A DNA stretch of 39,924 nucleotides from Limnoglobus sp. (GTDB taxonomy: Bacteria; Planctomycetota; Planctomycetia; Gemmatales; Gemmataceae), in assembly GCA_025353985.1 (NCBI GenBank), contig JANXNT010000696.1, positions 1 to 39,924 of the forward strand. Direction: 5' to 3'. A program made the position numbers and the translations under genes. Under the pieces are notes generated by a model. The model saw nothing but the letters and a program-made list of their open reading frames with translations. It had not been told where the DNA came from and did no database searches. Of this stretch, positions 28,674 through 36,987 are shown piece after piece (the first letter of the stretch is position 1; every line of letters begins with the position of its first letter).

Positions 28674-30920
28674 ATGAGCGACGCGCCCCTTCCCGAGGTC
28701 CGGGCCTTCCTCGGCTCGTTCTTCGCCTCGCCGAACAAACTCAAGCCGGACAGCAAGCCCGAGCTGGCCCATTGGGTGGGGAGGCTGAACGGCTCTTCCC
28801 CCCAGACCACGGTCCTGCCCTGCTGGCGTCAGGGGAGCGACGTCGACTGGTACGGCCTCGCCTTCGACGACCGCGGCCTGCGTGCGCTCGGGGAGAGCCT
28901 GACGGCGTTCGTCGGGCCGAGCCACACCACTTTCCGGGGTCGGGTGGCGGAGTTGGACCCGGCCGACCCGATCGACGCCGCCATCGCCTCCCTGACGGGT
29001 GGGCGTGCCTTCAAGTTCCGCGGCCGGGAGCCCGCCGCAATTTGGCGCGCCCTCGACCGGATGCGGAACGTGTGGGCGCGAAGAGGGAACCGCGGAACCC
29101 AGACGGCCGCCCCGGTCGGGCGGGTGCTGCGCGAGTTCCACATGGCCCTCCAGGCCGCCGACCGCGACGCCGCCGTGGACGGCCTGCTGCGGTTGCGGTC
29201 GGAGTACCACATCGAAGGGGTGAACCTGCTTTTCCTCCGGGTGCAGATGCTCGAATCGCTGCGGTCCTGGCGGGAATTGCTCTCGATAAGAGAACTCCCG
29301 GACCTCCTGCGGTTGCGCCGGCCCCGCGCCGTCACCGAGGCAGTCGTCCGGGCCGTCTACCACGAGTCGCTCTCGTCGTTCGAGTTCCCCCCGAACCCGG
29401 CGGGCGCGTGCGCGGCCTTCCGCAACGCCGTCTACCCGAAATACGCGAGCCTCTTCGCCACCACGGCCGGGATGCACTCGCCCGAGGCCGCCAAAACGTG
29501 GGCGCTGCTCGCGGTCACCTCCGCGCCCCCGGACGTCCCAGCGTGCGACACCCTCTTGGCTCGCAAGGACCTCTCGGCGTCGGACCTGGCATTCATAGGT
29601 GCCCTCAGGGATGCGGCCGGCCCCGCCCCGACCCCCGCCCCGCCGGCGGACCCGTTCGACGCCGCCGCCGAGTTCGCAGCCAGGGGGGATTTCGACCGCG
29701 CCTTCCGCCTCGCGTCGGAGGCTTCCCCTTCCCCCGGCCGGGCGAGGCTGCTCTGCGAGTGCGCCGTGGAACTCGACGCCCTCGACGCGAGGGCGGCCGC
29801 GGTCGCGGCGGTGAACGGCCTTTCTGACGCGGAACGCACGGCCTTCCTGGGCCGGAGGTTGAACCAGCGGCTGTGGGATACGCTGCGGGGAGGCACGCCG
29901 GACGGGGATGGGGTTGCCGAGGTTGATCCGCCACCGGCGGACTGGTGCGGGTGGCTGGAGCGACTCGACTCGCAGGACGGCCAGGGGGACGTCCGGGACC
30001 TGGCGCGCCGCGGCGCCACCGAGTGGGAAGTGGCCTCGTTCATCGACGCCGACGGGGCGGCCGAGCGTTTCATCGGCCTGCTCCAGAAGAACCGTTCGCA
30101 GTCTGCGGAGAACGCCCTGCGGGACTGCCTGCCCTACCTGGTGGGGTTCTTCGGGCGGGACAAGTCGTGGCCCAACCCCCGCCTCGCCGGTGCCTACCGG
30201 GCACTGATGGAGTTGCTGTTCTACAGCACGAACGGCGGACGCCCCGACCTTGTCGTGTTCAACGACTTCCTCGACGCCCTGTTGACCCTGGGGCCAACGG
30301 CGGCCGAGTACCGGGACCTCGCGTCCTACTGCGGGCAGCTGTGGTCACGGTTCGCCGCGCCCTCGACCGCCGACTGGGCGACCGAGGCGCTGGACTTGCT
30401 CGCGGCTCAGGCGTGCCCGGACGCCCCGGCTAGGGCCGAGTTCTTCCAGTCCGTGTTCGACCGCGCGGCGGCCTTCAACCGTCACCTCTCTCCGGAGCAG
30501 CGCGAGTTGCTGCGGCTCGCGGCCGCCGACCTGGGGGCCGCCGTAGCCGCCGAGGGCTACTTCCCCGACGACCAGGCGGAACAGGGCGACGAGCCGGACA
30601 CGCTTGCCGCCATCGCGTCGGCGTCCGTGGCGGCCTACACGCTCTCGGAGCGCGCGGCGGCTCGGTTCAAGCGGGTCCTGGAGGCGAGGGCCCCCGGCGT
30701 GTCGGTGACCTTGATGCACGACTTGGACGGGAGTAAGCGGCTCCAGCAGCACGCGCGGCAGGCGGACGTGTTCGTGATGGTCGCCTCCTCGGCCACCCAC
30801 GCGGCCACGGACTGCATCCAGGCGAACCGCCCTCACGCGAAGCCGCTGCTGATTCCCGCCGGCAAGGGAGCAGCGAGTATGCTGGCCGCCGTCCGGGCAT
30901 ACTGCGAAGGCATGGGGTGA
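28674..30920 (+). CDS. dpdD: DpdD (C-terminal DUF2325-like domain)
   Basis: 748 aa, follows dpdK; C-terminal 'ADVFVMVASSATHAATDCI...GKGAASML'. Confidence 0.75.
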   Translation: MSDAPLPEVRAFLGSFFASPNKLKPDSKPELAHWVGRLNGSSPQTTVLPCWRQGSDVDWYGLAFDDRGLRALGESLTAFVGPSHTTFRGRVAELDPADPIDAAIASLTGGRAFKFRGREPAAIWRALDRMRNVWARRGNRGTQTAAPVGRVLREFHMALQAADRDAAVDGLLRLRSEYHIEGVNLLFLRVQMLESLRSWRELLSIRELPDLLRLRRPRAVTEAVVRAVYHESLSSFEFPPNPAGACAAFRNAVYPKYASLFATTAGMHSPEAAKTWALLAVTSAPPDVPACDTLLARKDLSASDLAFIGALRDAAGPAPTPAPPADPFDAAAEFAARGDFDRAFRLASEASPSPGRARLLCECAVELDALDARAAAVAAVNGLSDAERTAFLGRRLNQRLWDTLRGGTPDGDGVAEVDPPPADWCGWLERLDSQDGQGDVRDLARRGATEWEVASFIDADGAAERFIGLLQKNRSQSAENALRDCLPYLVGFFGRDKSWPNPRLAGAYRALMELLFYSTNGGRPDLVVFNDFLDALLTLGPTAAEYRDLASYCGQLWSRFAAPSTADWATEALDLLAAQACPDAPARAEFFQSVFDRAAAFNRHLSPEQRELLRLAAADLGAAVAAEGYFPDDQAEQGDEPDTLAAIASASVAAYTLSERAAARFKRVLEARAPGVSVTLMHDLDGSKRLQQHARQADVFVMVASSATHAATDCIQANRPHAKPLLIPAGKGAASMLAAVRAYCEGMG

Positions 30921-30971
30921 GAAACACGGGGGCGGCCATGGTGGCTGATCTGGGGAGGGGTTTGGACTGCC

Positions 30972-31817
30972 ATGCCGAAGAAGGACATGACCGCGGGGGA
31001 GCGACTGTGCACGTTCATCCGCCGCGAGGTGCTGTCGGCCGACCTGTGGACGCAGGTCGCCACCTCCCTCGCGCCGGTGGCCCGATCCGCCGAACTGACG
31101 GACTTCTTCGAGGAGGTCACCTCGGTGCATTTGACCGGACGGTTGGTTATGGGCGGCCGCGACATATCAGAAGAAGTCGGAACGGTCGATCAGATCGCCT
31201 CGGAGGAGTTCGAGCAGCAATTCCTCGGCTTCGTTCGCGAAACGACCGAATTGTCGGGGAGGAGGCGCAAGGAAGTTGAAGGGCGGCTCGTGGCGCTCGG
31301 GGCGGATGCGGTCCGCGCGGCGAGGAAAAGTGAAATCCCCCCGGGCGTGGCGAAGGCCGTGAGGCGATTCGCCGAGACCAAACACCGGCACTGCTACCTC
31401 TGCGGGCGTTCGCTCGTCTTCGCCACCGAGGACACGCTCCTTCAGTTGACATCGGAGGAACGCAAGCTCGTGTACGAGGCGGAACACGTCTGGCCCCAGT
31501 CCTACGGCGGGGACAGTGACGAGGACAACCTGCTGCCCGCCTGTAGCAGTTGCAATCGGGCGAAGGACAACTACCCCACATGGGCGATGGTCGACGTTCA
31601 GTCCATCTCCCTGGGCATCAACCCGCGCCACGAGGTGCTCGACCGCATGTCCGGCACTCACCGCTTCGCGATGCTGTCCCGGGCGGCCCTCGGCGTAGCC
31701 CACCGGCAACGCATATCACTGAAAGAGGCGTACGTCGAGGTCGGCCCCGGCGTCAGCCCGCGCGTCCTTAGGATGAACGATGCGGCCGATTTCTTCAACA
31801 TGGGCAACATCCGGTGA
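30972..31817 (+). CDS. HNH endonuclease (Zn-binding, McrA-like C-terminal domain)
   Basis: 'CYLCG ... EAEHVWPQSYGGDSDEDNLLPACSSCNRAK'; GGGGAGGG upstream. Confidence 0.88.
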   Translation: MPKKDMTAGERLCTFIRREVLSADLWTQVATSLAPVARSAELTDFFEEVTSVHLTGRLVMGGRDISEEVGTVDQIASEEFEQQFLGFVRETTELSGRRRKEVEGRLVALGADAVRAARKSEIPPGVAKAVRRFAETKHRHCYLCGRSLVFATEDTLLQLTSEERKLVYEAEHVWPQSYGGDSDEDNLLPACSSCNRAKDNYPTWAMVDVQSISLGINPRHEVLDRMSGTHRFAMLSRAALGVAHRQRISLKEAYVEVGPGVSPRVLRMNDAADFFNMGNIR

Positions 31818-31827
31818 GGGCAGAGCT

Positions 31828-32955
31828 ATGATACCGTTCAAATACCCGTGCTTCCTGCTCCAACAGCGGAAAGGCGAGAAGGCGTCCCCGACTTTCTGCA
31901 TGTTCTACGCGCCGGTGGGAGAGATCCTCCGGTGGGCGGCGATCGAGAGGATCGAGGCGCGGAAGGGGGCGGTCCAGAGGGCGATGAACCCCGGCAGGGT
32001 GCGTGGCGTCAAGCGGTTCTTTTCCGAAGACAAGCGAAACACTATCCCGACCTCCGTCATCGTCACTTTGAAGGTGGGTGCGGAAGGCCTGCAGGCCGTC
32101 CAGACCTCGGGGGCGGACAAGATTGAACTCCACGTCCTGGCGTTCGAGATACCCGACGATGTGGCGGACAAGGACAAGCCCGGGCTCGTCGTCGATGGCC
32201 AGCACCGACTGCTCGGGATGCGGGACTTCAGCCCGGAACTCCAGATCCCGGTCGTCGCGCTGATCGACCCGGACGGGCTGGAAACGGCGTTCCAGTTCCT
32301 CGTCATCAACAACAAGTCGTCGAAGGTTCCGACCGACCATATCAGGTCTTTAGCGCTGGAGTACTCGACGGAGGGGCTCGAGCAGCGCCTTCGCACGGCG
32401 CGACTGTCCCTGAACGAGAACTTCCTTTTCGTGGGGCAAGTGAACGGGGAGGAGGGCAGCCCGTTCAAAGACCTGATCGACTGGCCCGCGAACAGGACGG
32501 GGAAAGGGATCGTCGTCCCCGCCGCCATCGAGCAGTCACTCCAGTACATCCAGGACCAGAACCTGAAGGACTTGCGGGACGGCGACCCGCTGATGGAGTT
32601 CTTCTACGCAGTGTGGACGGCGATCCGAACCGCATGGCCGAACCTCTGGAAAAAGGACTCGAAGCTGCTCGATAAGGTCGGCGTGATCTGCATGTCGCAG
32701 TACGTGACCGACTCGCTGGCCAAGCTGTACGAATGGGGCGAACTCGACCTCGCCGACCCCGAGCAGGTCCTCATGCGGACGCAATCGCTGCTCAAGAACC
32801 AGACTCCGGAGTTCTGGACGAAGCCTTGGAAATCGACGAGTTACGACACGCGGGTAGGGCGGCAACTCATCATCGACGACCTCGTCCAGATCACCCGGAA
32901 CGTGCGGGGTGGCGACTCTTGGCACACCGACCTGAAGGTGGTGGGTGCGACCTGA
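31828..32955 (+). CDS. DGQHR domain (DndB-like) protein, divergent from both DpdB copies
   Basis: 'AVQRAMNPGRV', 'IPTSVIV', canonical 'VVDGQHRL', 'FQFLVINNKSSKV'; ATG at 31828, 10 nt after the HNH stop. Confidence 0.85.
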   Translation: MIPFKYPCFLLQQRKGEKASPTFCMFYAPVGEILRWAAIERIEARKGAVQRAMNPGRVRGVKRFFSEDKRNTIPTSVIVTLKVGAEGLQAVQTSGADKIELHVLAFEIPDDVADKDKPGLVVDGQHRLLGMRDFSPELQIPVVALIDPDGLETAFQFLVINNKSSKVPTDHIRSLALEYSTEGLEQRLRTARLSLNENFLFVGQVNGEEGSPFKDLIDWPANRTGKGIVVPAAIEQSLQYIQDQNLKDLRDGDPLMEFFYAVWTAIRTAWPNLWKKDSKLLDKVGVICMSQYVTDSLAKLYEWGELDLADPEQVLMRTQSLLKNQTPEFWTKPWKSTSYDTRVGRQLIIDDLVQITRNVRGGDSWHTDLKVVGAT

Positions 32956-33069
32956 TCGAGTCGCGCCGCCTGCTCGGCGAGTGTGCGACAGCGGACACCC
33001 CCTCGCTCAGCGACACGATGCTGGATCGTGGGCTTGCGGAGCGGTATCGAGGCAAACGCTGAACCTGAA

Positions 33070-33114
33070 ACGACGAAAGCCCCCGGTACGCCGAAGCGCC
33101 GGGGGCTTTATCGT
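33070..33114. terminator. Probable bidirectional intrinsic terminator
   Basis: Perfect 11-bp arms AAAGCCCCCGG (33076-33086) / CCGGGGGCTTT (33099-33109), extended by ACGA/TCGT, between convergent genes. Confidence 0.8.
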
Positions 33115-33277
33115 ATTCTGGCGGCCGTGCATTACCTGCCCTGTCTGCCATCCCGTCGCCGTCGGTCGTGGTTCGGCCGGGCCCTCAACCCCGCTGCGGC
33201 CCCGACGAACTACGGCCAGAGGCGGCGGTGCCTGACACGCCATCCTTGAACCGGAGGGAGTGGGTGGAGGGGCCGCC

Positions 33278-35006
33278 TTAAAACAGGCTGAGTTGCTGCG
33301 GCTTTCGGCGATGCGTCACCTGCCCGGCGTGCGTCGGGGCTGGCGGCTTAGGCGGGTTTGGCAGCGCGATGACGTTCCCTCCCGGCGTGTCGTCGGACTC
33401 GTCGTCAGCGGGTGGGGCCTCCTGCACCGGCTCGGCGACCGGCTCTGGCCTCGTGATTCGCGCCGTCACCGGCTTTTCCGCCCGCGCCTGCGGCTTGCTC
33501 CCGACCCGCGCCGAGGCGGCTTCGACCGCGTTCGACGCCCTCAGCGTTTTGATCCGCGCGTCCAATTCGGCCACGGTCGGCTCGCCCTCCTTCGGTTCCT
33601 TCTCCGAAAGGCCAGCCTTCAACTTGTCCCGCAGGTCAGTTAGCTGCCTTCCGTACTCGGCGTGCCGGAACACCGCCCCGATGCGGGTCTGGTAATCGGA
33701 GAGCTGCCCTTCCGCCACGGCCTTGTCTTGTTCGGCACTCTCCCTTTCCAGCCCGTAACTCGCGGCAATGCGTTCCAATGCGTTCAGCAGCGCCCTCGCC
33801 CCGGCTCCGTCCCGCAGCTCGGCCCGCCGCATGACTTGGCCGTCGAGGTAGGTCTCCGTGTCGCCCAGCGGGTGCAGGACGAAGCGGTAGGCAAGCCCGC
33901 GGTAGGTGCCGACGGGAACGGTGCGGTGCTCACAGACGTGCTGCGGCAACCGCTCCATCCGTGCGGTCAGTGCCTCGACCGCGTCGGCGTTCGAGAGCGT
34001 GCGAGTGCCGACCGTGACCCGGTCGCCTTGATGGGCTTCCAGCGTGGTCATGTCCTGCCCCAGCTTTTCGATCCGGCCGGTCGATTGCGGATGCGGTCGG
34101 GAAGCTACTTCAGGTTCCGTCGGGAGAGGTACTGCTCGTCGTGGTGGTTCTTCCGCAGGATGGCCAGCCGCTGTAGCTCTGCGTCGGTCTCGGCCAGCGT
34201 GAGCACCGTCGAGTTGCCGGACGCGATGGCCTTTACCTCGTCGTAGCTGAGCTCCTGCCCGCCGATGTCTTCCGCCTTCCGCACCGCACAGTCGCCGGAC
34301 ATGATCTGGGCGATGAACTTCGCCTTCGTTTCCAGCGCCTGCCACATGTAGGCGTCGAACGAACCCTCCGTGACGTACCGGTAGATGGTGACTTCCGCGT
34401 ACGTGTTCCCCTGCCGGAGGATGCGGCCTTCCCGCTCCTCGACTTCGGCCGGCTTCCAGGGCGCGTCGAGGTGGTGGAGAGCGACTAGGTGCTTCTGCAC
34501 GTTCGTGCCGGTGCCCATCTTCGAGGTGGTGCCGATCAGCACCCGAACCGTGCCCTGCCGAACCTTCTCGAACACGGCGTTCTTCTTGGCGTCGGTGTCG
34601 GCGTCGCCGATAAAGGCGATCTGCCCGCACGGGATGCCGTGGTCCGCGAGCTTGGAGGCAATCTCGTCGTACACCGAGAACGGATTGGGGTGAACGCCCA
34701 TGTCGCAGAACACCATCTGAGTGCCCCGCGTGTCCTTGGTCTTCTTCCAGATGCGGACGACGTTCCGCACCAGCGCGTTCACCTTCGAGTCGGGGAAGTC
34801 GCAGTCCGCCCCGAGCATCCGGCCGTCGAGGGCGGGCTTGTGGCCGTCGGTGGTGATGGACAGCGCGCTGTCTACGCGGGGATCGACCTTGCTGGTGCGG
34901 ATTTTCTCGTACCGCTCGACCTGCTTGGCCTGCAGCTCGTGCTGCTCGTCGGTCATCGGGCAGGCGAGCGTCTGCGGCTTGCCGCCTTTGAGCCGTGGCC
35001 GGGGTA
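33278..35006 (-). pseudogene. 5'-truncated, disrupted SNF2/DEAD helicase of the large DNA methylase-helicase type of conjugative elements (DarB-like C-terminus)
   Basis: Helicase C motifs 'GTQMVFCD', 'MGTGTNVQ', 'HHLDAPWKP', 'EGRILRQGN'. In-frame TAG at 34105-34107 and a frameshift near 34083 into the 33278-ending frame. The recognisable frame ends abruptly upstream of 'PRPRLKGGKP' at ~35005. Confidence 0.8.
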
Positions 35007-35090
35007 CTCTGCCGAACTCTGTCGGACAGAACCTGTTTATGGAAGACTAGTGTCGTAGACTCTCATGAATATGATTTTACCCGACGACCT
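35001..35090. other. AT-rich dyad cluster, candidate resolvase res-type site at the helicase breakpoint
   Basis: Palindrome TCTGTC-G-GACAGA (35018-35030), tandem ACTCTGCCGA/ACTCTGTCGG, and dyad TGTCGTAGA...TTTACCCGACG (35051-35086) around an AT-rich core. Confidence 0.35.
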
Positions 35091-35280
35091 CCGCGCCCGG
35101 CGGGCCGCTGCTGCCGGACTCGGGGCGGTCGTCGGGCGTCCCGCGGGGCCGCTGTGGGGACCGCCTTAAAGGCCCCTGCGTGGGTCCGGGGCACATCTTC
35201 AGGGGGTGATTGAGGGGTCAGGGAGGGCCCGCGGTAAAACGCCGCTACGCCTGCCTGCGGGCCTCAATGTACTCACCCCT

Positions 35281-35518
35281 GCGGAAACGCCGGCGTTTCT
35301 GCTTTGCGGGATGGCATGACCAGGGGCGTAGCCGGTTGGCGGGCCTGGGGCAACTTCCGCGTTCCCGTGTTCCGCCCGAGCCGAGTTCCCTGCATAACCG
35401 CGTAACCGAAACGCTGTCCCTCTGTGATCGGGGGGTTGCGGCATCGCTGCATCCGTGGCATGGTCGGCGTTGCCGCACGGCCGCGCCCGGGATGATCCCG
35501 GGTTCCCGGGTTGCGGCG
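35281..35518. repeat. Degenerate 8-bp-period arrays upstream of parA (candidate parS centromere/operator)
   Basis: TTCCGCGT-TCCCGTGT (35355), CCCTGCAT-AACCGCGT-AACCGAAA (35388), TTGCGGCA-TCGCTGCA (35436), ATCCCGGG-TTCCCGGG-TTGCGGCG (35495). Confidence 0.4.
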
Positions 35519-35527
35519 GCGGGACTT

Positions 35528-36328
35528 ATGCGATCGATTTGCGTCATCAACCAGAAGGGCGGCTCGGGGAAAACGACCACTGCGGTCAACCTGGGGGCGT
35601 CGCTCGCCGGGCGGGGGCGGAGGGTCCTCCTCCTCGACTTCGACCCGCAGCACTCGGCCACCCAGTGGCTCTCGCCCCGCGACGCGGGCCGGGGCCTGTT
35701 CGACCTCCTCGCAGGGCCGGACTCGGCTACGCTGGCGGGCCTCGCCGAACCGACCGAGGCCCCGAACCTGTCGCTGGTCGGCTCGTCCGCCTGGCTGGTC
35801 GGGGCCGAGAAGGCGCTGGCCGCGGAGCCGGGGGCGGAGACGATCCTCCGCGGCAAGGTCGAGGGCCTGCCGCCCGGGGCCTTCGACTACATGCTCATCG
35901 ACTGCCCGCCGACCCTAGGCGTGCTGACCGTGAACGCACTGACCGCCGTCTCGGAGGTCCTCGTCCCGGTCGCCTGCCACGTCATGGGCGTGCAGGGGCT
36001 CGCGCAGATCCTGCAAACAATTGAGCGGGTCCGACTGCGGCTGAATCCCGGCCTGCGCGTCGCGGGCATCCTGGCGTGCCGGCTGGACCGGCGGACCGTC
36101 CACGGCGTCGAGGTCGAGGCCAAGCTCCGCGGCCGGTTCCCCGAGACCTACAAGACGGCCATCCGCGAGAACGTCCGCCTCGCCGAGTGCCCGTCGATGG
36201 GCGTGTCGATCCTGAGCTACGCCCCGTCGAGCCACGGCGCGCAGGACTACCGGGCGCTCGCCGAGGAGGTGATCGGGCAGGAAGGACAGTCAACCACGGA
36301 GGACCATGGCACAGCCGCGAACGAGTAG
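35528..36328 (+). CDS. parA: ParA/Soj Walker-type partition ATPase (no N-terminal HTH)
   Basis: 'NQKGGSGKTTT', 'LLLDFDPQ', 'LIDCPPTLG', 'IRENVRLAECP'. The ATG at 35528 is the natural domain start. Confidence 0.92.
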   Translation: MRSICVINQKGGSGKTTTAVNLGASLAGRGRRVLLLDFDPQHSATQWLSPRDAGRGLFDLLAGPDSATLAGLAEPTEAPNLSLVGSSAWLVGAEKALAAEPGAETILRGKVEGLPPGAFDYMLIDCPPTLGVLTVNALTAVSEVLVPVACHVMGVQGLAQILQTIERVRLRLNPGLRVAGILACRLDRRTVHGVEVEAKLRGRFPETYKTAIRENVRLAECPSMGVSILSYAPSSHGAQDYRALAEEVIGQEGQSTTEDHGTAANE

Positions 36329-36707
36329 GAGCACCATCAAGAACGACCCCTTCGAGAGCGTCATCCCGACCCGCCCGCCGGCGGAAGCGCCGACTATGCC
36401 GCTGAAGGTAGAAGCGCAGCCCGCTGCGGAAGAAGCGGCGGCCGCCGAGACGTTGGGGTTGGAGCCTAGCCCGCCCGCGCCGCTGCCGGTGCCGGCTCCG
36501 CCGGAGGGCCGGCAGAAGCTGACGGTCCACCTGGAGGCCGACATCGTCAACCGGGTGAAGAACGCCGCCTACTGGAACCCGCGGCTGACCATCGCGCGGA
36601 TCGCTGAGCGGGGCATCCGGCTCGCCCTGCGGGAGGTCGAGAAGGACCACGGCGGGGTGTACCCCCAGCGCGAGGGCGAGCTGGTTGGCGGCAGGCCGAT
36701 CAAGTGA
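36306..36707 (+). CDS. Type Ib centromere-binding protein (C-terminal ribbon-helix-helix, ParB_C-like)
   Basis: Overlaps the parA end. Disordered Pro/Ala N-terminus, then a strand 'KLTVHL', two helices, and a tail 'GGVYPQREGELVGGRPIK'. Confidence 0.65.
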   Translation: MAQPRTSRSTIKNDPFESVIPTRPPAEAPTMPLKVEAQPAAEEAAAAETLGLEPSPPAPLPVPAPPEGRQKLTVHLEADIVNRVKNAAYWNPRLTIARIAERGIRLALREVEKDHGGVYPQREGELVGGRPIK

Positions 36708-36784
36708 GCCGCGCACTTGGTCCCCATACGTCCGCGGCTTCGGTGTGAGCCGAAGCCGAAGGCCCCAGGAGGAGGCGGGGGCGT

Positions 36785-36887
36785 TCGTGCTTTCGGTCGC
36801 GGCCCTCGTGCTTTCGGTCGCGGCCGGGCGGAAGACTTCGTGCTTTCGGTCGCGGCGGCGGCCGCAGCCTTCGTGCTTTCGGTCGCG
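36785..36887 (+). repeat. Iteron array (4 x 17 bp), plasmid origin
   Basis: TCGTGCTTTCGGTCGCG at 36785, 36806, 36838 and 36871 (periods 21, 32, 33 bp), just upstream of rep. Confidence 0.85.
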
Positions 36888-36930
36888 CGGAGTGGGGGTA
36901 AGCCCGCGACCGGACAGGGGAATCCGGCGG

Positions 36931-36970
36931 GTAAAGAGAATGATCTTAAAGGGTAATGATTAAAGCCATT
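36931..36970. other. AT-rich DNA-unwinding element candidate
   Basis: TAAAGAGAATGAT / TAAAGGGTAATGAT / TAAAG repeats between the iterons and rep, in otherwise very GC-rich DNA. Confidence 0.6.
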
Positions 36971-36987
36971 GGCGAGACAGGTCTCTT

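Noticed and set aside
8007-32955. Dnd phosphorothioation system, suggested by three DndB-like genes
   Set aside because: No DndA/C/D/E (cysteine desulfurase, PAPS reductase-like, SMC-like ATPase) is present; the context is dpd.
34080-34110. Programmed readthrough or frameshift in the helicase gene
   Set aside because: Two separate lesions plus a 5' truncation and no slippery sequence; decay is the simpler explanation.
35001-35038. Tn3-family terminal inverted repeat (begins GGGG)
   Set aside because: It lacks the usual internal ACGAAAA/TAAG-like features, and no partner repeat or transposase is seen in the window. The GGGG is also part of the helicase Pro-Arg codons.
36785-36887. CRISPR array
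   Set aside because: The repeats are 17 bp with 4-16 bp gaps, there are no cas genes, and the position upstream of rep fits iterons.
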